Shown: piece by piece, positions 18,272-32,845 of the stretch
How positions within the stretch are numbered: position 1 is the first letter of the stretch
How the letters are laid out: each line of letters opens with the position of its first letter
Assembly: GCF_009914755.1 (NCBI RefSeq)
Contig: NC_060947.1
DNA length: 64,000 bases
From: the human T2T-CHM13v2.0 reference genome, Homo sapiens
Direction: 5' to 3' (one strand)
Program-made: the position numbers and the translations under genes
The notes under the pieces: generated by a model
What the model saw: only the letters and a program-made list of their open reading frames with translations
Told to the model about the DNA's origin: nothing
The model's database searches: none

Positions 18272-18379
18272 TCTAGACAATGCATAGTTTTCCACTGAAG
18301 CACATTTTCCCTACAAAAGATATTAGTATTTCTAACTTTATCTTTCTTCCTTCCCTTGTCTTTCTTCCCTCCCTTCCTT

Positions 18380-19086
18380 TCTTCAACAAACATTTATGGA
18401 GTGCCTACTGTGCACCAGTATGGTGAGCCTTGGCAGTAGAAAAGGAAGAGAAAACATCATCTCTGTGTTAACGCAGTTTGCAGTCATGAGAAGAGAATCA
18501 TTCATCAAATAGTCATGTATAGATGTATAACAATGGGCTGCAAAGTTCCCATAAGGGAAGGAATAGGGTGTTATAAAAATGTGCATGAGAGGCCCAGTCT
18601 TGGTGGAGTGGAATTGGGGCAGGGAGAACTTCCCCTCAAACAACTGAAGATGGAACTGACTGATTACTATGTAGGGTTTAAGTGAAGAAGGAGTGGTCGC
18701 CTATGGCAGGGGATGTATCTTTAGTTGGGGAGAAGAGATTTTCAGGCAGAGGGAATAGCATGTTTCAAAGGCTTGCTGGCAGATCAAGAGCAAGAAGTAT
18801 GAATGGAATGTAAAGAAAGCCCTTGAGTCTGGCTGGGCCATGGTGAGTATTTGAGAGAGTAAGATAAGAGATGAGGCTGGGGAAGAATGTAGGAGATAGC
18901 TCACACAGGGATCGGTGGGCCTTGTTAAGGGTTTCAGTCTTCATCTTGAGGACAGCAGGTGGCCACTAAAGAGTTTTTAATGAGAGTGATGATGTGTCAC
19001 TTGGACCTACAGAGCAGATAATAGATAAAGGGGCAGAAATAGATGTAGGAGATCAGTTGGGAGGCTACTGCAATAGTGCAAGTAAG
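18380..19086 (-). mobile_element. L2 3' fragment
   Basis: ttcaacaaacatttatggagtgcctactgtgc...ttcaggcagagggaatagcatg...ggaggctactgcaatagt. Confidence 0.8.
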
Positions 19087-19317
19087 GCCAGGATTTTTGT
19101 CTTACAAATCAAGGCATGGTTTGGTTTCTAGGATGCAATGCAAAACTATGCTTGTAACAGTGCCAGTGGCTCATGAGAATTCTTTGTAGATTTTGCTTGG
19201 AGAGATTTCCTTTATAGGTCTTTAGTGGAGATCCATAAGATGGCTCTTTCTTTGTAAAAATTATTCACCTAAAGACTTCTTCTTTTGAGTTGCAAGGTTC
19301 TTCTACCTCCTGTACAC

Positions 19318-19346
19318 ACACCACCACCACCACCACCACCACCACC
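19318..19346. repeat. (CCA)n trinucleotide repeat
   Basis: acaccaccaccaccaccaccaccaccacc read directly from the sequence. Confidence 0.95.
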
Positions 19347-19613
19347 CCTCCCCTCCTTGAGAGCTCAGGGAGTAAGCACAGCCTTTCAGATAATGATCTT
19401 ATTCCAGCTTGAAGGCATGCTTGAAAATAACTGTGAAGCCTGTGACTTCTTTTTCTGCAAGACTAAAACATTTATATAGAGTTTTATTTGTTTTTAATTC
19501 TTTACAATTTCCTACTGATGGTGCTTCAGGCTACAGGGGATGCTTTTAATCATTAGCGTTCTTACCTGCCAGGACTTTTTTTAAAAATTTAATTTCTGTG
19601 GGTATATAGTAGG

Positions 19614-20059
19614 TGTGATGATGGTTAATACTGAGTCTCAACTTGATTGGATTGAAGGATACGAAGTATTGATGCTAGGTGTGTCTGTGAGGGCGTTGCC
19701 AAAGGAAACTAACTTTTGAGCCAGTGGGCTGGGAAAGGCAGACCCACCGTTAATCTGGGTGGGCACCATCTAATCAGCTGCCAGAATGGCTAGAATAGAA
19801 AGCCAGCAGAAAAATGTGAAAACAGAGACTGACCTAGCCTCCCAGCCTACATCTTTCTCCCATGCTGGATGCTTCCTGCCCTTGAACGTCAGACTCCAAG
19901 TTCTTCAGTTTTGGAACTCGGACTGGCTCTCCTTGTTCCTCAGCCTGCAGATGGCCTATTGTGGGATCTTGTGATCATGTGAGTTAATACTTAGTAAATT
20001 CCATTTTATATATATATATCTATTCCATCAGTTCTTTCCCTCTAGAGAACCCTCATACA
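19614..20059 (+). mobile_element. MLT2A2 solo LTR (HERV-L)
   Basis: tgtgatg...gttaatactgagtctcaacttgattggattgaagg ... ctagagaaccctcataca; perfect 5-bp TSD gtagg. Confidence 0.9.
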
Positions 20060-20902
20060 GTAGGTGTATATATTTATGGGGTCCATGAGATGTTTTGATA
20101 TAGACATGCAATGTGAAATAATCACAGGATGGAAAATGGGGTGTCTATCTTCTCAAGCATTTATCCTTTGTGTTACAAACAGTTCAATTATACTCTTTCA
20201 GTTATTTTTAAATGTACAATTAAATTATTATTGACTATAGTCACCCCATTGTGCTATCAAATACTAGGTCTTATTCATTCTATCTAACTATATTTTTGTA
20301 ACCTTTAAACATCTCCACTTCCCCTACCCATCCTGCCCCAATTACCCTTCCCAGCCTCTGGTAACCATCCTTCTACTCTCTATCTCCATGAGTTTAATTG
20401 TTTTGACTTTTAGATCCCACAGATAAGTGAGAACATGCAATGACTGCCTTTTTATGCCTGGCTTATTTCAGTTAACACAATGACCTCCAGTTCCATCCTT
20501 GTTTATGCAAATGACTAAATCTCATTCTTTTTAAATGGTTGAATAGTACTCCATTGTGTATATGTACCACATTTTTTCATCCATTCATCTGTTGATGGAC
20601 ACTTAGTTGGCTTCCAAATCCTGGCTATTGTGAACAGAGCTGCAACAAACATGAGAGTGTAGATATTTCTTTGGTATACTGATTTCCTTTCTTTTGGGTA
20701 TATACCCAGCAGTGGGATTGCTGGATCCTATGGCACCTCTATTTTTAGCTTTTTGAGGAACCTCCAAATTGTTTTCTATAGTGGTTGTACTAATTTACAT
20801 TTTCGCCAACAGTGTACAAGTGTTCCCTTTTCTCCATATCCTTGCCAGCATTAATCATTGGCTTTCTTATGGATATAAGCCATTTTAAGTGGGGTGAGAT
20901 GC

Positions 20903-21275
20903 TGTATTAGTCCATTTTCATGCTGCTATAAAGAACTTCCCAAGACTGGGTAATTTATAAAGGAAAGAGGTTTAATTAACTCACAGTTCGGCATGACTGG
21001 GGAGGCCTTAGGAAACTTACAGTCATGGCAGAAGGCAAAGGGGGAAGCAAGGCAACTTCTTCACAAGGTGGCAGGAAGAAGTGCCAGGCAGCATAAGGGG
21101 AAAGAGCCCCTTATAAAACCATCCTGAGAACTCACTCACTATCAAGAGAACAGCATGGGGGAAACTGCCCCCATGATCCAATTACCTCTACTTGGTCTCT
21201 CCCTTGAGACGTGGGGATTATGCGGATTACAATTCAAGATGAGATTTTGGGTGGGGATACAGCCAAATCACATCA
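20903..21275 (-). mobile_element. THE1 solo LTR (THE1C/D-like)
   Basis: tgtattagtccattttcatgctgctataaag ... gggtggggatacagccaaatcacatca; perfect TSD gatgc. Confidence 0.92.
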
Positions 21276-23127
21276 GATGCTATCTCATTGTAGTTTTGCT
21301 TTGCATTTCTCTGATAATCAATGATGTTGAGCACCTTTTTATATAACTGTTTGCCTTTGGTATGTTATCTTTTGAAAAATGTCATTCAAATCCTTTTCCC
21401 ATTTTTAAATTGGATTATTATATATTTTTTTCCTATAGACTTGTTTGAACTCCTTATACATTCTGGTTATTAATCCCTTGTCAGATGGATAGTTTGCAAA
21501 TATTTTCTCCCATTCTGTAGGTTGTCTGTTTACTTTGTTGATTGTTTCCTTTGTTTTGCAGAAGCTTTTTAACTTGAAATTTCATTTGTCCATTTTTGCT
21601 TTGGTTGCCTGTGCTGGTGAGGTATTACTCAAAAAATCTTAGCCCAGACTGATGTCCTGGAGAGTTTCCCCAATATTTTCTTGTCATAGATTCATAGTTT
21701 GGAATCTTAGATTTACATTTTTATTCCATGTTGATTTGATTTTTATATATGGTGAGAGACAGGGGTCTAGTTTCATTCTTCTGCATATGGATATCCAGTT
21801 TTCCCAGCTCTATTTCTTGAAGAGACTGTCTTTTTCCCAGCGATCTTGGTGCCTTTGTCAAAAATGAGTTTACTGTAGGTGTGTGGATTTGTTTCTGGGT
21901 TCTTTATTGCATCGGTCTATGTGTCTGTTTTTATTCCAGTACCACACTGTTTTGGTTATTATAGCTCTGTAGTATAGTTTGATGGCAGGTAATGTGATTC
22001 CACCAGTTTTATTCTTTTTGCTTAGGATAGCCTTGGCTATTCTGGGTCTTCTGTGGTTCCATATAAATTTTAGGATAGCTTTTTTTTTTTTTATTTCTGT
22101 GAAGAATGTCATTGGTATTTTGATAGGGATTGCATTGAATCTATAGATTGCTTTGGGTAGTATGAACATTTTAACAATAGTGATTCTTCCAATCCATGAA
22201 CATAGAATATCTTTCTATTATTTGGTGTCCTCTTCAATTTCTTTCATCAATGTTTCCTGGTATCCATTATAGACATATTTCAACTTCTTTGGTTAATTCC
22301 TAGCTTTGTAACTTTATCTGTGGTTGTTGTAAATGCAATTACTTTTTAAATTTCTTTTTCAGATTGTTCACTGTTGGGATATACAAATGCTACTGATTTT
22401 TGTGTGTTGATTTTGTATCCTGCAACTTGACTGAATTTGCTTATCAGTCTAATAGTTTTCTTGTGCAGTCTTGAGATTTTTCCAAATATAAGATGATATC
22501 ATCTGAAAACAAGGATAATTTGACTTTTTTCTTTCCAATTTGGATGTTCTTTACATCTTTCTCTTTTCTGATTGCTCTAGCTGGGACTTCCAGTGCTATG
22601 TTGAGTAACAATAGTGACAGTGGGTATCCTTGTAGTGTTCCAAATCTCAGAGGAAAAGCTTTCAGTTTTTCCCCATTCAGTATGATACTAGCTGTGGGTC
22701 TATTGTATATGGTGCTTATTGTGTTGAGGTATTTTCCTTCTATACGCAGGATTTTGAGAGTTTTGATCATAAAGGTTGCTGAATTTCTTCAAATTCTTTG
22801 TCAGTATCAATTGAAATGACCATGTGGTTTTTGTCCCTTATTTTGTTGATAAGACGTATCCCATTGATTGATTTGCATATGTTGAACCATTTTTGCATTT
22901 CTGGGATAAATCCAACTTGGCTATGATGAATCATCTTTTTAATGTATTGTTTAATTTGGTTTGCTAGTATTTTGTTGAAGATTTTCGCATCAATATGCAT
23001 CAGAAATATTGGCCCAGAATTTTCTTTTTTTGAGGTGTGTCTGGTTTTGATATCAGGGTAATACTGGCCTTGTAGAATGAGTTTTAAACTATTCCCTCCT
23101 CTTCTGTTTTTAAGAATAGTTTGAGTA

Positions 23128-23558
<431 letters not shown>

Positions 23559-25638
23559 TCATGGTTTAATTTTGGTAGGTTCTATGTGTCTAGGAATTTA
23601 TCCATTTATTCTAGATTTTCTAATTTATTGGCATATAGTTGCTCATAGTGGCATTAATTATCCTTTGAATTTCTGCAGCATCAGTTGCAATGTCTCCTTT
23701 TACACCTCTGATTTTGTTTATTTGGGTCTTCTTAGTCTGGCTAATGATTTGTCAATTTTGTTTATCTTTTCAAAAAACCAACTTTTTGTTTCATTGACCT
23801 TTTGTACTGTTTTCTTCATTTCAAATGAATCATTTCTGCTCTGATCTTTATTATTTCTTTTCTTCTACTAATTTTGGGTTTGGTTTGCTCTTGCTTTTCT
23901 AGTTTTTTAAGATGAATCATTAGATTGTTCATTTGAAGTTTTACCTCCTTGGTGGTCTTGGATAAGATCCGGAATTGTCTGGATTACCAGGCAGGGACTT
24001 TTGTTCTTTTCTCTTACTTTCTCCCAAACAATGGAGTCTCTCTATCTATGCTGATCCACCTCGAACTGGGGGTGTAGTGATGCAAGCACCCCTTTTGCCA
24101 CCACCACTGGGACTTTGGTGGGTCAGATCCGAAGCCAGCACAGCACTGGGCCTTGCCCAAGGCCCTTCCCCCTTCAGGGTGGCAAGTTGCCCCCAGGCTC
24201 TAGGCATGTCCAGATATGCTGTCTGAGAGTCAGGGATTAGTGTCAGAAACCTTAGCAATTTACCTGATTTCTATTCTACTGTGGCTAAGCTGGCAGTCAA
24301 GCCACAGTACAAAGTCCTTCCTGCTCTTCCCTCCCCTTTCCACTGGCAGAGGAGCTTCTCTGTGTGGCCACCACCAGCACTGGTCCACTGAGGGTTCTGC
24401 CAGCTCCCTGCCGATCTTCACTTAAAGCCCAAGGGCTTGTGATGAATGCTGCCAGGTCTGGGACTCATCCTATTCAAGGAAGTGGGCTTCTCTTTGGCCC
24501 AGGGCAGGTCCAGAAATGCTCTCCAAGAGCCCAGGCCTGGATTTGGGGTCTTCAAGAGCCTACTTAGTGCTCTACCTCACTGTGGCTGAGCTGACACCTA
24601 AGGTAGAAGAAAAAGTCACCTTTACTTTTCCCTTCGCTTTTCTCGAACAGAAGGAGTCTTTCACTGTGACCATCACAGCTGGGAGTGTGCTGGGTCATCC
24701 ATGAAGCCAGCACTTCTCAGAGCCCCAGGCCCATGGCGTACTCCCTGGGTATCACTGCTGGTTATTCAGGGCCTAAGGCCTCTTTAGTCAGCAGGTGATG
24801 AATCTTGCCAGGACTGTGCCATTCCCTTCAAGGCAGTGGGCTCCCTTTTGGCTCAGGGTGTGTCTAGAAATGTCATCCATGAGTGAAAGCCTGGAATGGA
24901 GGCCTCATGACTCTGCCCAATGCCCTATTCTACTATAGCTGAGCTGGTATCCAAGATGCAAGAAAAAGTTCTCTTTACTCTTCACTCTCCTTAAGTAGAA
25001 AGGAGTCACTTTTACTGCTGTGAGCTGTGCTGGCTGGAGTTGAGGGAGGGATAGCACAAGCACTTCCTTAGCTGCGCCAGCTGGTGTCTCCCCAGGTCGT
25101 ATGCCACCCTAGTCCACTAGCTGGTCTAGCCTAGCACTAGGAGTTGTGTAGGAATTGCAGTCCTTGTGTCCTACACTGCTTTTCAAGTTTACCTAGGTGC
25201 CCAGAGCACTTCAGCCCACCATGGCGAAGCTTGCTGAGAAACTCAAGTTTTGACTGCTGGGATGGATGAGTCTCTTCTGGCTAGGGCTTCTCCACATGCT
25301 CCATCTGTGTATGAACACTGGCTGAGCCCAGCATGGCTTTATGCTCCACTGTGACAGGACAGCACTGAGTTCAATGTAAAGTCCTCCAGTCACTGTGCTC
25401 TTCCTCCCCAGCATGCACAGATTCTCTCTCTGTGCAGCAAGGCCACTGCCAGGGAATGGGGGAGGGGTGGTGTCAGTGATTGAAGACAGTCTCTCCTGTC
25501 TTCCTCAATGCCCCTTTTGGTGATATAAAGTTAAACCCAGGTACTGTGATTGCTCACTTGATTTTTTTTTTTTTTTTTTTTTGGTTCTTGTGACAGTGCT
25601 TTTCTGTGTACAGACAGTTGTTAAAATCTGGTGTTCCA

Positions 25639-26025
<387 letters not shown>

Positions 26026-26391
26026 TTATGTCTTTTAAAACCTGGTATTTGCTTTCTAGGCTGGATCTGATTCTGCAAAACTAGCATGGCTAGTCAGATT
26101 TCTACAAGACTCCCAAACACAGTTTCCTTTTTTCAGAGGGAATCTCCAGGTTAAGAAGCAACTGATAGAGTCTCCACTTCATTATTTGGATTTCAGATTG
26201 GCTTGGCCACTTGGATCTTTTTTAGCAAGGCCTGCCTTGGGGGCATTACATTAGTAAAACCCTCTGGGTATGTCTTAGTGATTCACATTGGTTACTCCTA
26301 GGGTTACCAGCCAACCATCTTGTTTTGTCCATGACTGAGAGATGTTCAAGGATATGGGACTTTGAGGGCTAAAACTGGACAGTCAGTCACC

Positions 26392-26795
26392 TGTTGTGCT
26401 AAACCCCTATCAACTCCAATGGGGATGGCAGAAGGTTCAAAAGGCCAAAGAGACACAGAGCCAGCAAATAAGACACAGAATTTTATTTACTTACAGGGAG
26501 AAAGTCTAGCTGTGGCAGGCTGGACAGGAAAACCACATGGCCCAGTGGCAGTGGGCTGGGCAGGATAACTGCAACCTTCATTCAACCCAAAGCTCTGGAC
26601 CTCAATCCCGTGTACAGTCTGTGTTCCATGGGGCAGGCCGGGGGCTCAGATGTTCCTCATAGACATGGAATGAATCTCCAGATTAGCCACTCCTGGGTTC
26701 CCTAGCTCAGAACATACATTCAGGTGCATCTGCCATACAGAGTCAGTCTCAGGGTATGCTTAAGTTATTGTTATCAGGTGTGTTTAACCTATACC
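26392..26795 (-). mobile_element. ERV solo LTR, LTR47-like
   Basis: The reverse complement begins ...acacctgataacaataacttaagcataccctgag...ctgtatggcagatgcacctgaatg; TG terminus at 26392; cacc flanks both sides. Family name is from memory. Confidence 0.65.
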
Positions 26796-26811
26796 ACCTT
26801 TCTTCCTTTGA

Positions 26812-26950
26812 TCATATAATCACCTTGAAAGATAAAAGGGATATATAAGATTATGTTTGAGAGAAGACAAAACCAAGGTTCAGAGAGGGTGACTTACGCA
26901 AGGTCACACAGAGCATTCTGGGTAGAGACAATAGGACATAGTTTTTGGCT
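26812..26950 (-). mobile_element. MIR
   Basis: aaaaccaaggttcagagagggtgacttacgcaaggtcacacag is the reverse-strand MIR core. Confidence 0.75.
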
Positions 26951-26984
26951 CTATCTATTGAGGAGGCATGAAAAGAATGTTTAG

Positions 26985-27378
<394 letters not shown>

Positions 27379-27464
27379 TAACATACTTATGATCCCCATA
27401 TTTCATGGAGAGAGAGAGAGAAAATGATAACCCGAGAAACAACCCTTCTACTTCTACATATCCT

Positions 27465-27785
27465 AGGTCACAGCTGCCAAAACTGACTCCATCAGAAACA
27501 CCTGGGGAGGTTTGACCACACAGGGATAATTAAGTCCCACCCACAAATACTGATTTAATTACTTTGGGAGTGGGGCCTAAATACTCACAAGATTAAAAAC
27601 CTCAACAAGTAACTCAGATGTGCAGCTAGGATTAATAATTACCGTTCTACGTCGGTGTTTTTAAAACTTCCATGAACATATGAATCACCTAGGAATTTTG
27701 TTAAAATGCAGATTCTGATTCAGCAGGTCTAGGGAAGGACCTAGAGTCTGTATTGCTAAGAAGTTGCCCAGAGATGCCGATGCCC
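27465..27785. mobile_element. Two adjacent MER5 MITEs (MER5B then MER5A-type)
   Basis: cacctggggag...tactgatttaatt...tggggcct; short spacer ttctacgt; then atgaatcacctaggaattttgttaaaatgcagattctgattcagcaggtct. Confidence 0.7.
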
Positions 27786-29151
27786 ATAATGATTGCATTA
27801 TTGTCGTTCCTTAAATATAGTCTGAATTCATAGTAATTGCTGAGTTCCTGGGCATTGAGTCTAGTCAGAGGTAGTGCCTTGCCAGATATATTTAAATCGA
27901 TGGGTTCAAACCCCCTCCTTTGTAGCCTTTAAATTGGATTTTTAAAGCATTCTGTCTTTAAGTTACTGGTAGTTCCAACGTCATATCTATTGTTCTTTGG
28001 ATTCTTGTGTATGTAGAGTCAATTCTGCTTTTGCTACTAGTGGAAGGCATGTGGAATTGCACACATTGCTGAGATTCAGAACTCCTGCTTCTCATTTGAC
28101 TAATTGTCTCAGGGTTGGCCTTTTCCCCTGGATACCACAGAGATGCTGAAGATCCTGGAATGAATTGTGTTAACTCTCCTGAGACTGAAATCTGGGACAT
28201 GAAATTTGATCACTTGACCCAGATGCCTTCTCCCAAAGACAGAATTTGTTGGCATTCTCAGTTCTGTAGACGTCCTTTCCCTGTTCTTGGTTCCATAGGG
28301 AACTTCAGGGACCTCTCACTCCTCCTTGGGGTCTTTTAGAATAAAGCTATTGGGGGGTGATTCAGAGTGGTGCTTTTCATTTTCACACCTCACCAGTACA
28401 TTTGCATAATGGGTGTAATTCTGAATATGTCTAAACAGAGGAGGAAAAAGTGAATGGCATTGCAATTATAATGGAGGTGCAGCTCAGGCATTTGGGAATC
28501 TTTCAATTCTGCTATGTATAAAATAAGAATTGAACTCAATAATGTTTACCTATTAGTAAACTAAGTAAGGTTAATCATTATTTTCTACTTAGGCTTTCAT
28601 TTTAGTATCTTCTGGAATATTCAGTATGTTTGACATAGAAGCATTTGCTAGTTTACCCAGTGATATACATAACAATTTCTAATTTGGGTTAAATCTCTAT
28701 AATGCTATTCCTTTGTGTCACCCTCCCCCACCTCCCATACTCTTTGCTTTCTATGTGGGACAGGGCTTATTTTGCTCAAATCTTGCTTTTTAAAAATAAC
28801 ACTGCTCCCAGGTATGCTTGATACCAGTTTCAGGGCTTGACCTCTGCCAGACATTTCCAGGAAGCACAAACACCAGCAACAACTCTCTGCAGTGTCTCTT
28901 TTCCTCTTGGCTGAATCATAGCCAGATGTATATCTTCAGCTGACATTTAACAACACCAGAATGTTCTTATGAGTAGGAGGAGTAGGTGACTGCTTCTGGG
29001 GACATGACTCAGAGGACTGGGAAAACCCTCCTTTTACCAAAATGCTTCCTACATTCTGTCTGATGCCTAAAATTCTCACAAGAGAACACTCTTATTGTGG
29101 TTAAGGTTCTAGTTCTTGTTAAATGCTCCGGTAGGGGGTGATGCTCCAAAC

Positions 29152-29684
29152 CAGAGCTTTCCAAACTTAATGTGCATATGACTTACCTGGGGGATCTTGC
29201 GAAACTGCAGGTCTGGTTTCAGTGGGTCCAGGGCAGGGCCCCCTAGCCTGCAGTTCTGACAAGCTTGCAGGCGCGGCTGAAGTTGCTGGTGGGTGGAGTG
29301 CATTTTGGGTAGCAAGGCCAGATCAGCATTCTGAAACTTGGCTGCACGTCAGAATCTTCTGGGGAGTTTTACCAATCCTGAAATCCAGGCTGTACCCCGG
29401 ACCAATTACATGAGACTCTGGGGGTGGGACCCAGACATAAGTAGTTTTTGAAGCTTCCCAGGTGATTCCACTTTGAGGCCACATTTGAGGATAAGTGCTC
29501 CAAAGCAGAGGCTCTCGACCCTAGCTGCTGATTAGAATAATCAAAGGAGACTTTAAACACACCAATGCCTGCCTCTACCCAAGATCAATGAAATCTGAAT
29601 CTCAGGTGGTAAGGGTTAGGCGTTTGGATTTTTAAAAAAGCAGCCTGAATGTTTCTGGCATGCAGCCAGGTTTAAGAACTACTG
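29152..29684. mobile_element. Three adjacent MER5 MITEs (MER5A1, MER5B, MER5B)
   Basis: Units at ~29152-29316, 29324-29497 and 29506-29684, each starting CAG and separated by 7-8 bp. Confidence 0.75.
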
Positions 29685-30033
29685 CTCTGCTAATCAGTGT
29701 TTGTAACTTCATGTGGATGAAGTCTCCTCTGTGTGAGGTTTGGTGGGAGGAGAGGGAGAGGCAAGAAGTGGAAGGTTCAGAGAACTGGGAGCCCCAGGAA
29801 GAGCAGAGATGTGAAGAAAGCTGTGAAATGGAGAAAATGGGGAAGCTGACCATTTTGCACACTATGCAGCTTTGCCCAGGGCTGTCCTGGAGAGCGTCCA
29901 CATCAGAGGATTTGGAAAGGTCTGATCATGACACTGTCTCAATGACTGGTTGGCCTGAGTAGCAGGCAGGGTGCAATGTGAAAGCCGAGCCTGCTAACTC
30001 TTTTCATTTTTCTCTGAATTAGATGCCTCAGTG

Positions 30034-30145
30034 AAGGTGACAAACTGCTCCAGTTTACCCAGGACTGTCTTGGTTTTAGCACTGGAAGTCTAGCATTCTG
30101 AGAAACTCCTCAGTCCTAGTTAAACTGAGATGGTTGTTCATCCTA
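30034..30145. mobile_element. MER94 (hAT-Blackjack MITE)
   Basis: aaggtgacaaactg...cccaggactgtcttggttttagcactggaagtc...gatggttgttcatccta. Confidence 0.75.
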
Positions 30146-31031
30146 GCCTTGCCTCTCCTCTGAAGTGGTGACCCAGATCTCAGTGTGTGGCTACCTCAGA
30201 GGAGCAGGTTTGTTCTTCTGGCTGGTCAGTTGGAAGAAAATGGGCCTTACTGAGTTCTTAAGTGTATTTCATTCATTGTTGGTGAATAGGGTCAGGTATT
30301 GTGAAGATGGCAGAGAATTTGGATAAACCTGATCCTGGATGCATGGTTTAAGGACAATTTGAATGGCTTCTCTTAAGTTTTTTTTAAGAACGTGTGGTCC
30401 CAATATATCCCCTCCCTCCACACACTCATGCATGCACACATATATGTATATCTCTGTTTGGTTGGCAGAGCACTGACCTACATAGGCGCAGAGGCCAAAT
30501 AGATCCCAAGGAAATGAGAAAAATCATGGTCTGTGCCGAGCTCCCATCTGACAGATGGGTGTAACCTACTCAGAGAGTATTTTCAAAGCATGTGGCTTGA
30601 ATGCAGATTAATGTCATGCAAAATGAATATGAAAATGTTAAGGCACCAAGTCACAGAGTAAAATGCCGCATCAGAGGAAGATGGGGTTAATCAGGAAAGA
30701 CCCTTTTGAAGATGTGAATGTCATTTTATAAAATGAGGATAATGTCGCCTTTCTACAGGAGAAAAAAAAAAAAGGCGAGAAACACCAAAAACCAAAACCA
30801 CTCAAAGTGCTCATTAAAGGGAGGAGTAAAAACTGGATGATTCAATGGTCCATGTTCTAGTACACAGACTTTAGAATATAATCTCTGAGGTAATCCACTC
30901 TCAGCACAATTGAAATCTGCTTTTGAAGCTATTTCAATTTGTGTTATCAGGCCGCTGGTAGCTGGTTTCTTTGACTTAGAAGCCATCAGGAGTTCTTTGC
31001 CTGAATCAAGACTTTGGATTAGACTCTTGAG

Positions 31032-31213
31032 CAGTGGTTCTCACATTTAAGCATGTGTCAGAATCATCTGGAAGACTTCTTAAGGAGAGGCTGATCCCCC
31101 ACCCCCAAGTTTCTGATTGAGGTCTGGGGTAGAACCTGAGAATCTCCCCTTTTAGTAAATTCTCAGGTGATGCTGATGTTACTGGACCAGAGATCACACT
31201 CTGAGAAAGAATG
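31032..31213. mobile_element. MER5A
   Basis: cagtggttctcacattt...cagaatcatctggaag...caggtgatgctgatgttactggacc...cacactctgagaa. Confidence 0.85.
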
Positions 31214-31924
31214 GACTAGTGTTGTCCTTGAGCAGGTTTATAGACACAGTAGCATAGCTCTTCCTAGAACAGACCTTGCCATTTAGAACATCACGACCAA
31301 AACTGAAGATGTCAAAGGGATGAAAATTGGAAGCCAAGAAAGCTAGATGCCATCTGGGGAAACAAACAGAAAACATCCTAATTTTTGTTTGTGGCTAGCA
31401 CTACAGCTATCCACTAAAAACATGGTGTTTCTGGATTTTATACATGTGCAATTAAAATGAATCCTCACTATTGTGACTTAAAGAGAATCCTAGTCTTTGG
31501 AATGAAAAGATACTGTTTTCTCATGAGTGATAACAGAGTCACCAAATTCTATTCTGAGCGTATATGTTAGAATATGTCACGAAGTCTATTTTCTTCCATG
31601 ACAGGGTCATCTTATTGGGTAACCACTGGGACCAATGAATTTCTTAGCAGTTTAGCTATATCAATGGTGAAATTCAATCAGTGGCTTTAGGAAACACTGC
31701 CATATGTGTTTTAGTTAAAACTGTGTATTTTGAGTTAATGCAAGATAGATAGCTCTACTTACTTTCTAAGGTTAGCTGAACTACAATGCCTAAAGCAAAT
31801 GCTTCAAACTTCTGCAGGAGAAGTACAAGTAAGTTGTAGTGGACTCTGTTTATGACTGATCCACCATCCATTTTCTCTTTTCTTTGTTTCCCAATAGCAT
31901 CCCAATTTTGTCCAGGTATCTGCA

Positions 31925-32845
31925 AGTCATTTATTTACCAGGTAATCTTAGCAAAAAACTGTTAGGGAGTGGAGAGAAGAGGCAGGGAAGTGAAAGAAGC
32001 CAATGAAAGGTATGTTATGTGAGTTACCACTGTGGGCTACTGGAGCTCAGGCCTGTTGGGGAAGTGTAGTGATATTGGGTGTGCTGCCAGGAGACAATTC
32101 TTCATGTCTTTATACATCTTTTGGCAGCTATTGTCCTCATCTATGTTTTCAAGGATGTTAGCATAGCAAACGGCCTTGGAATATAGACATAGTGTCTCCA
32201 TTCAAGGGCAAAGTGCTGATTTGTTTCCTGACCAAGACGATAAAGAGAATGTCTTTCTTGGGGACAAAGGTTGGGTAGGTTTGCTAGTAGCCCTTATAAG
32301 ATTGAAGGTTTCTAAGCTTGGAGTCTTTCAGCTATGACACAGATCTACTGTGTGCATAACATCCACTGAGACTCCTCAACATCACCCTGTGAAAATTGGG
32401 TGTCAAGGGGGAACAAATAAGGACATGAAGCTCATGCCGCCTGCTATGCCATGAGTAATAATGTCCTTTGTCTCTGACCCTGGGGTCTACTGTCTTCTGC
32501 CAGCATGCATGAAACTGTGGCAGTCTAACCTCCTGGCTTTTGGGCAGTGTAAAATCTCAGAACCTTCACAGTCCTTGACAGATGTCTCAGCCTTATTCCT
32601 TTTGAGGGATGATAAAGCTGGGGTATTTAATAACCACTGGTCATTGGTCGAAGGCTACTCCCACGAGGCCTTAAATCTTCAACATTTCCACCTTTCTGCA
32701 TGAACAGGCTGGGTGACTTTCCACAATTTTGTTGAAAGCCTCCAGACAAAGAGATGTAGATGCTGCCATTTAGAATTGACAAGTGCATACTTTGAAATGG
32801 TAAAGCCTGAAGAATATAGGCAGGGCACAAAAAAGGTCTGCTATT
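31925..32845 (-). mobile_element. LTR33-like ERVL LTR (split by a MER76-like LTR)
   Basis: gggagtggagagaagaggcagggaag...gttaccactgtgggctactggagctca; resumes at agctggggtattta...gtcattgg; ends ataggcagggcac...tctgcta. Confidence 0.65.
32085..32580 (+). mobile_element. ERV solo LTR, MER76-like
   Basis: tg..ggagacaattc...ttttcaaggatgtt...gccttggaa...gtaataatgtcctttgtctctgaccc...aaaatctcagaaccttcacagtccttgaca (TG...CA termini). Confidence 0.65.

Noticed and set aside
19285-19479. Polyproline-containing ORF
   Set aside because: The prolines come from a (CCA)n microsatellite; it has a non-ATG start and no splice or homology support.
28085-28340. Possible exon after the acceptor-like ttgactaattgtctcag
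   Set aside because: Weak polypyrimidine tract, no clear donor and no recognisable protein similarity; it cannot be supported without transcript data.
29152-29684. Repeat-spacer or CRISPR-like array
   Set aside because: The units are ~170-bp diverged MER5 MITEs in mammalian DNA, with no short identical repeats, unique spacers or cas genes.
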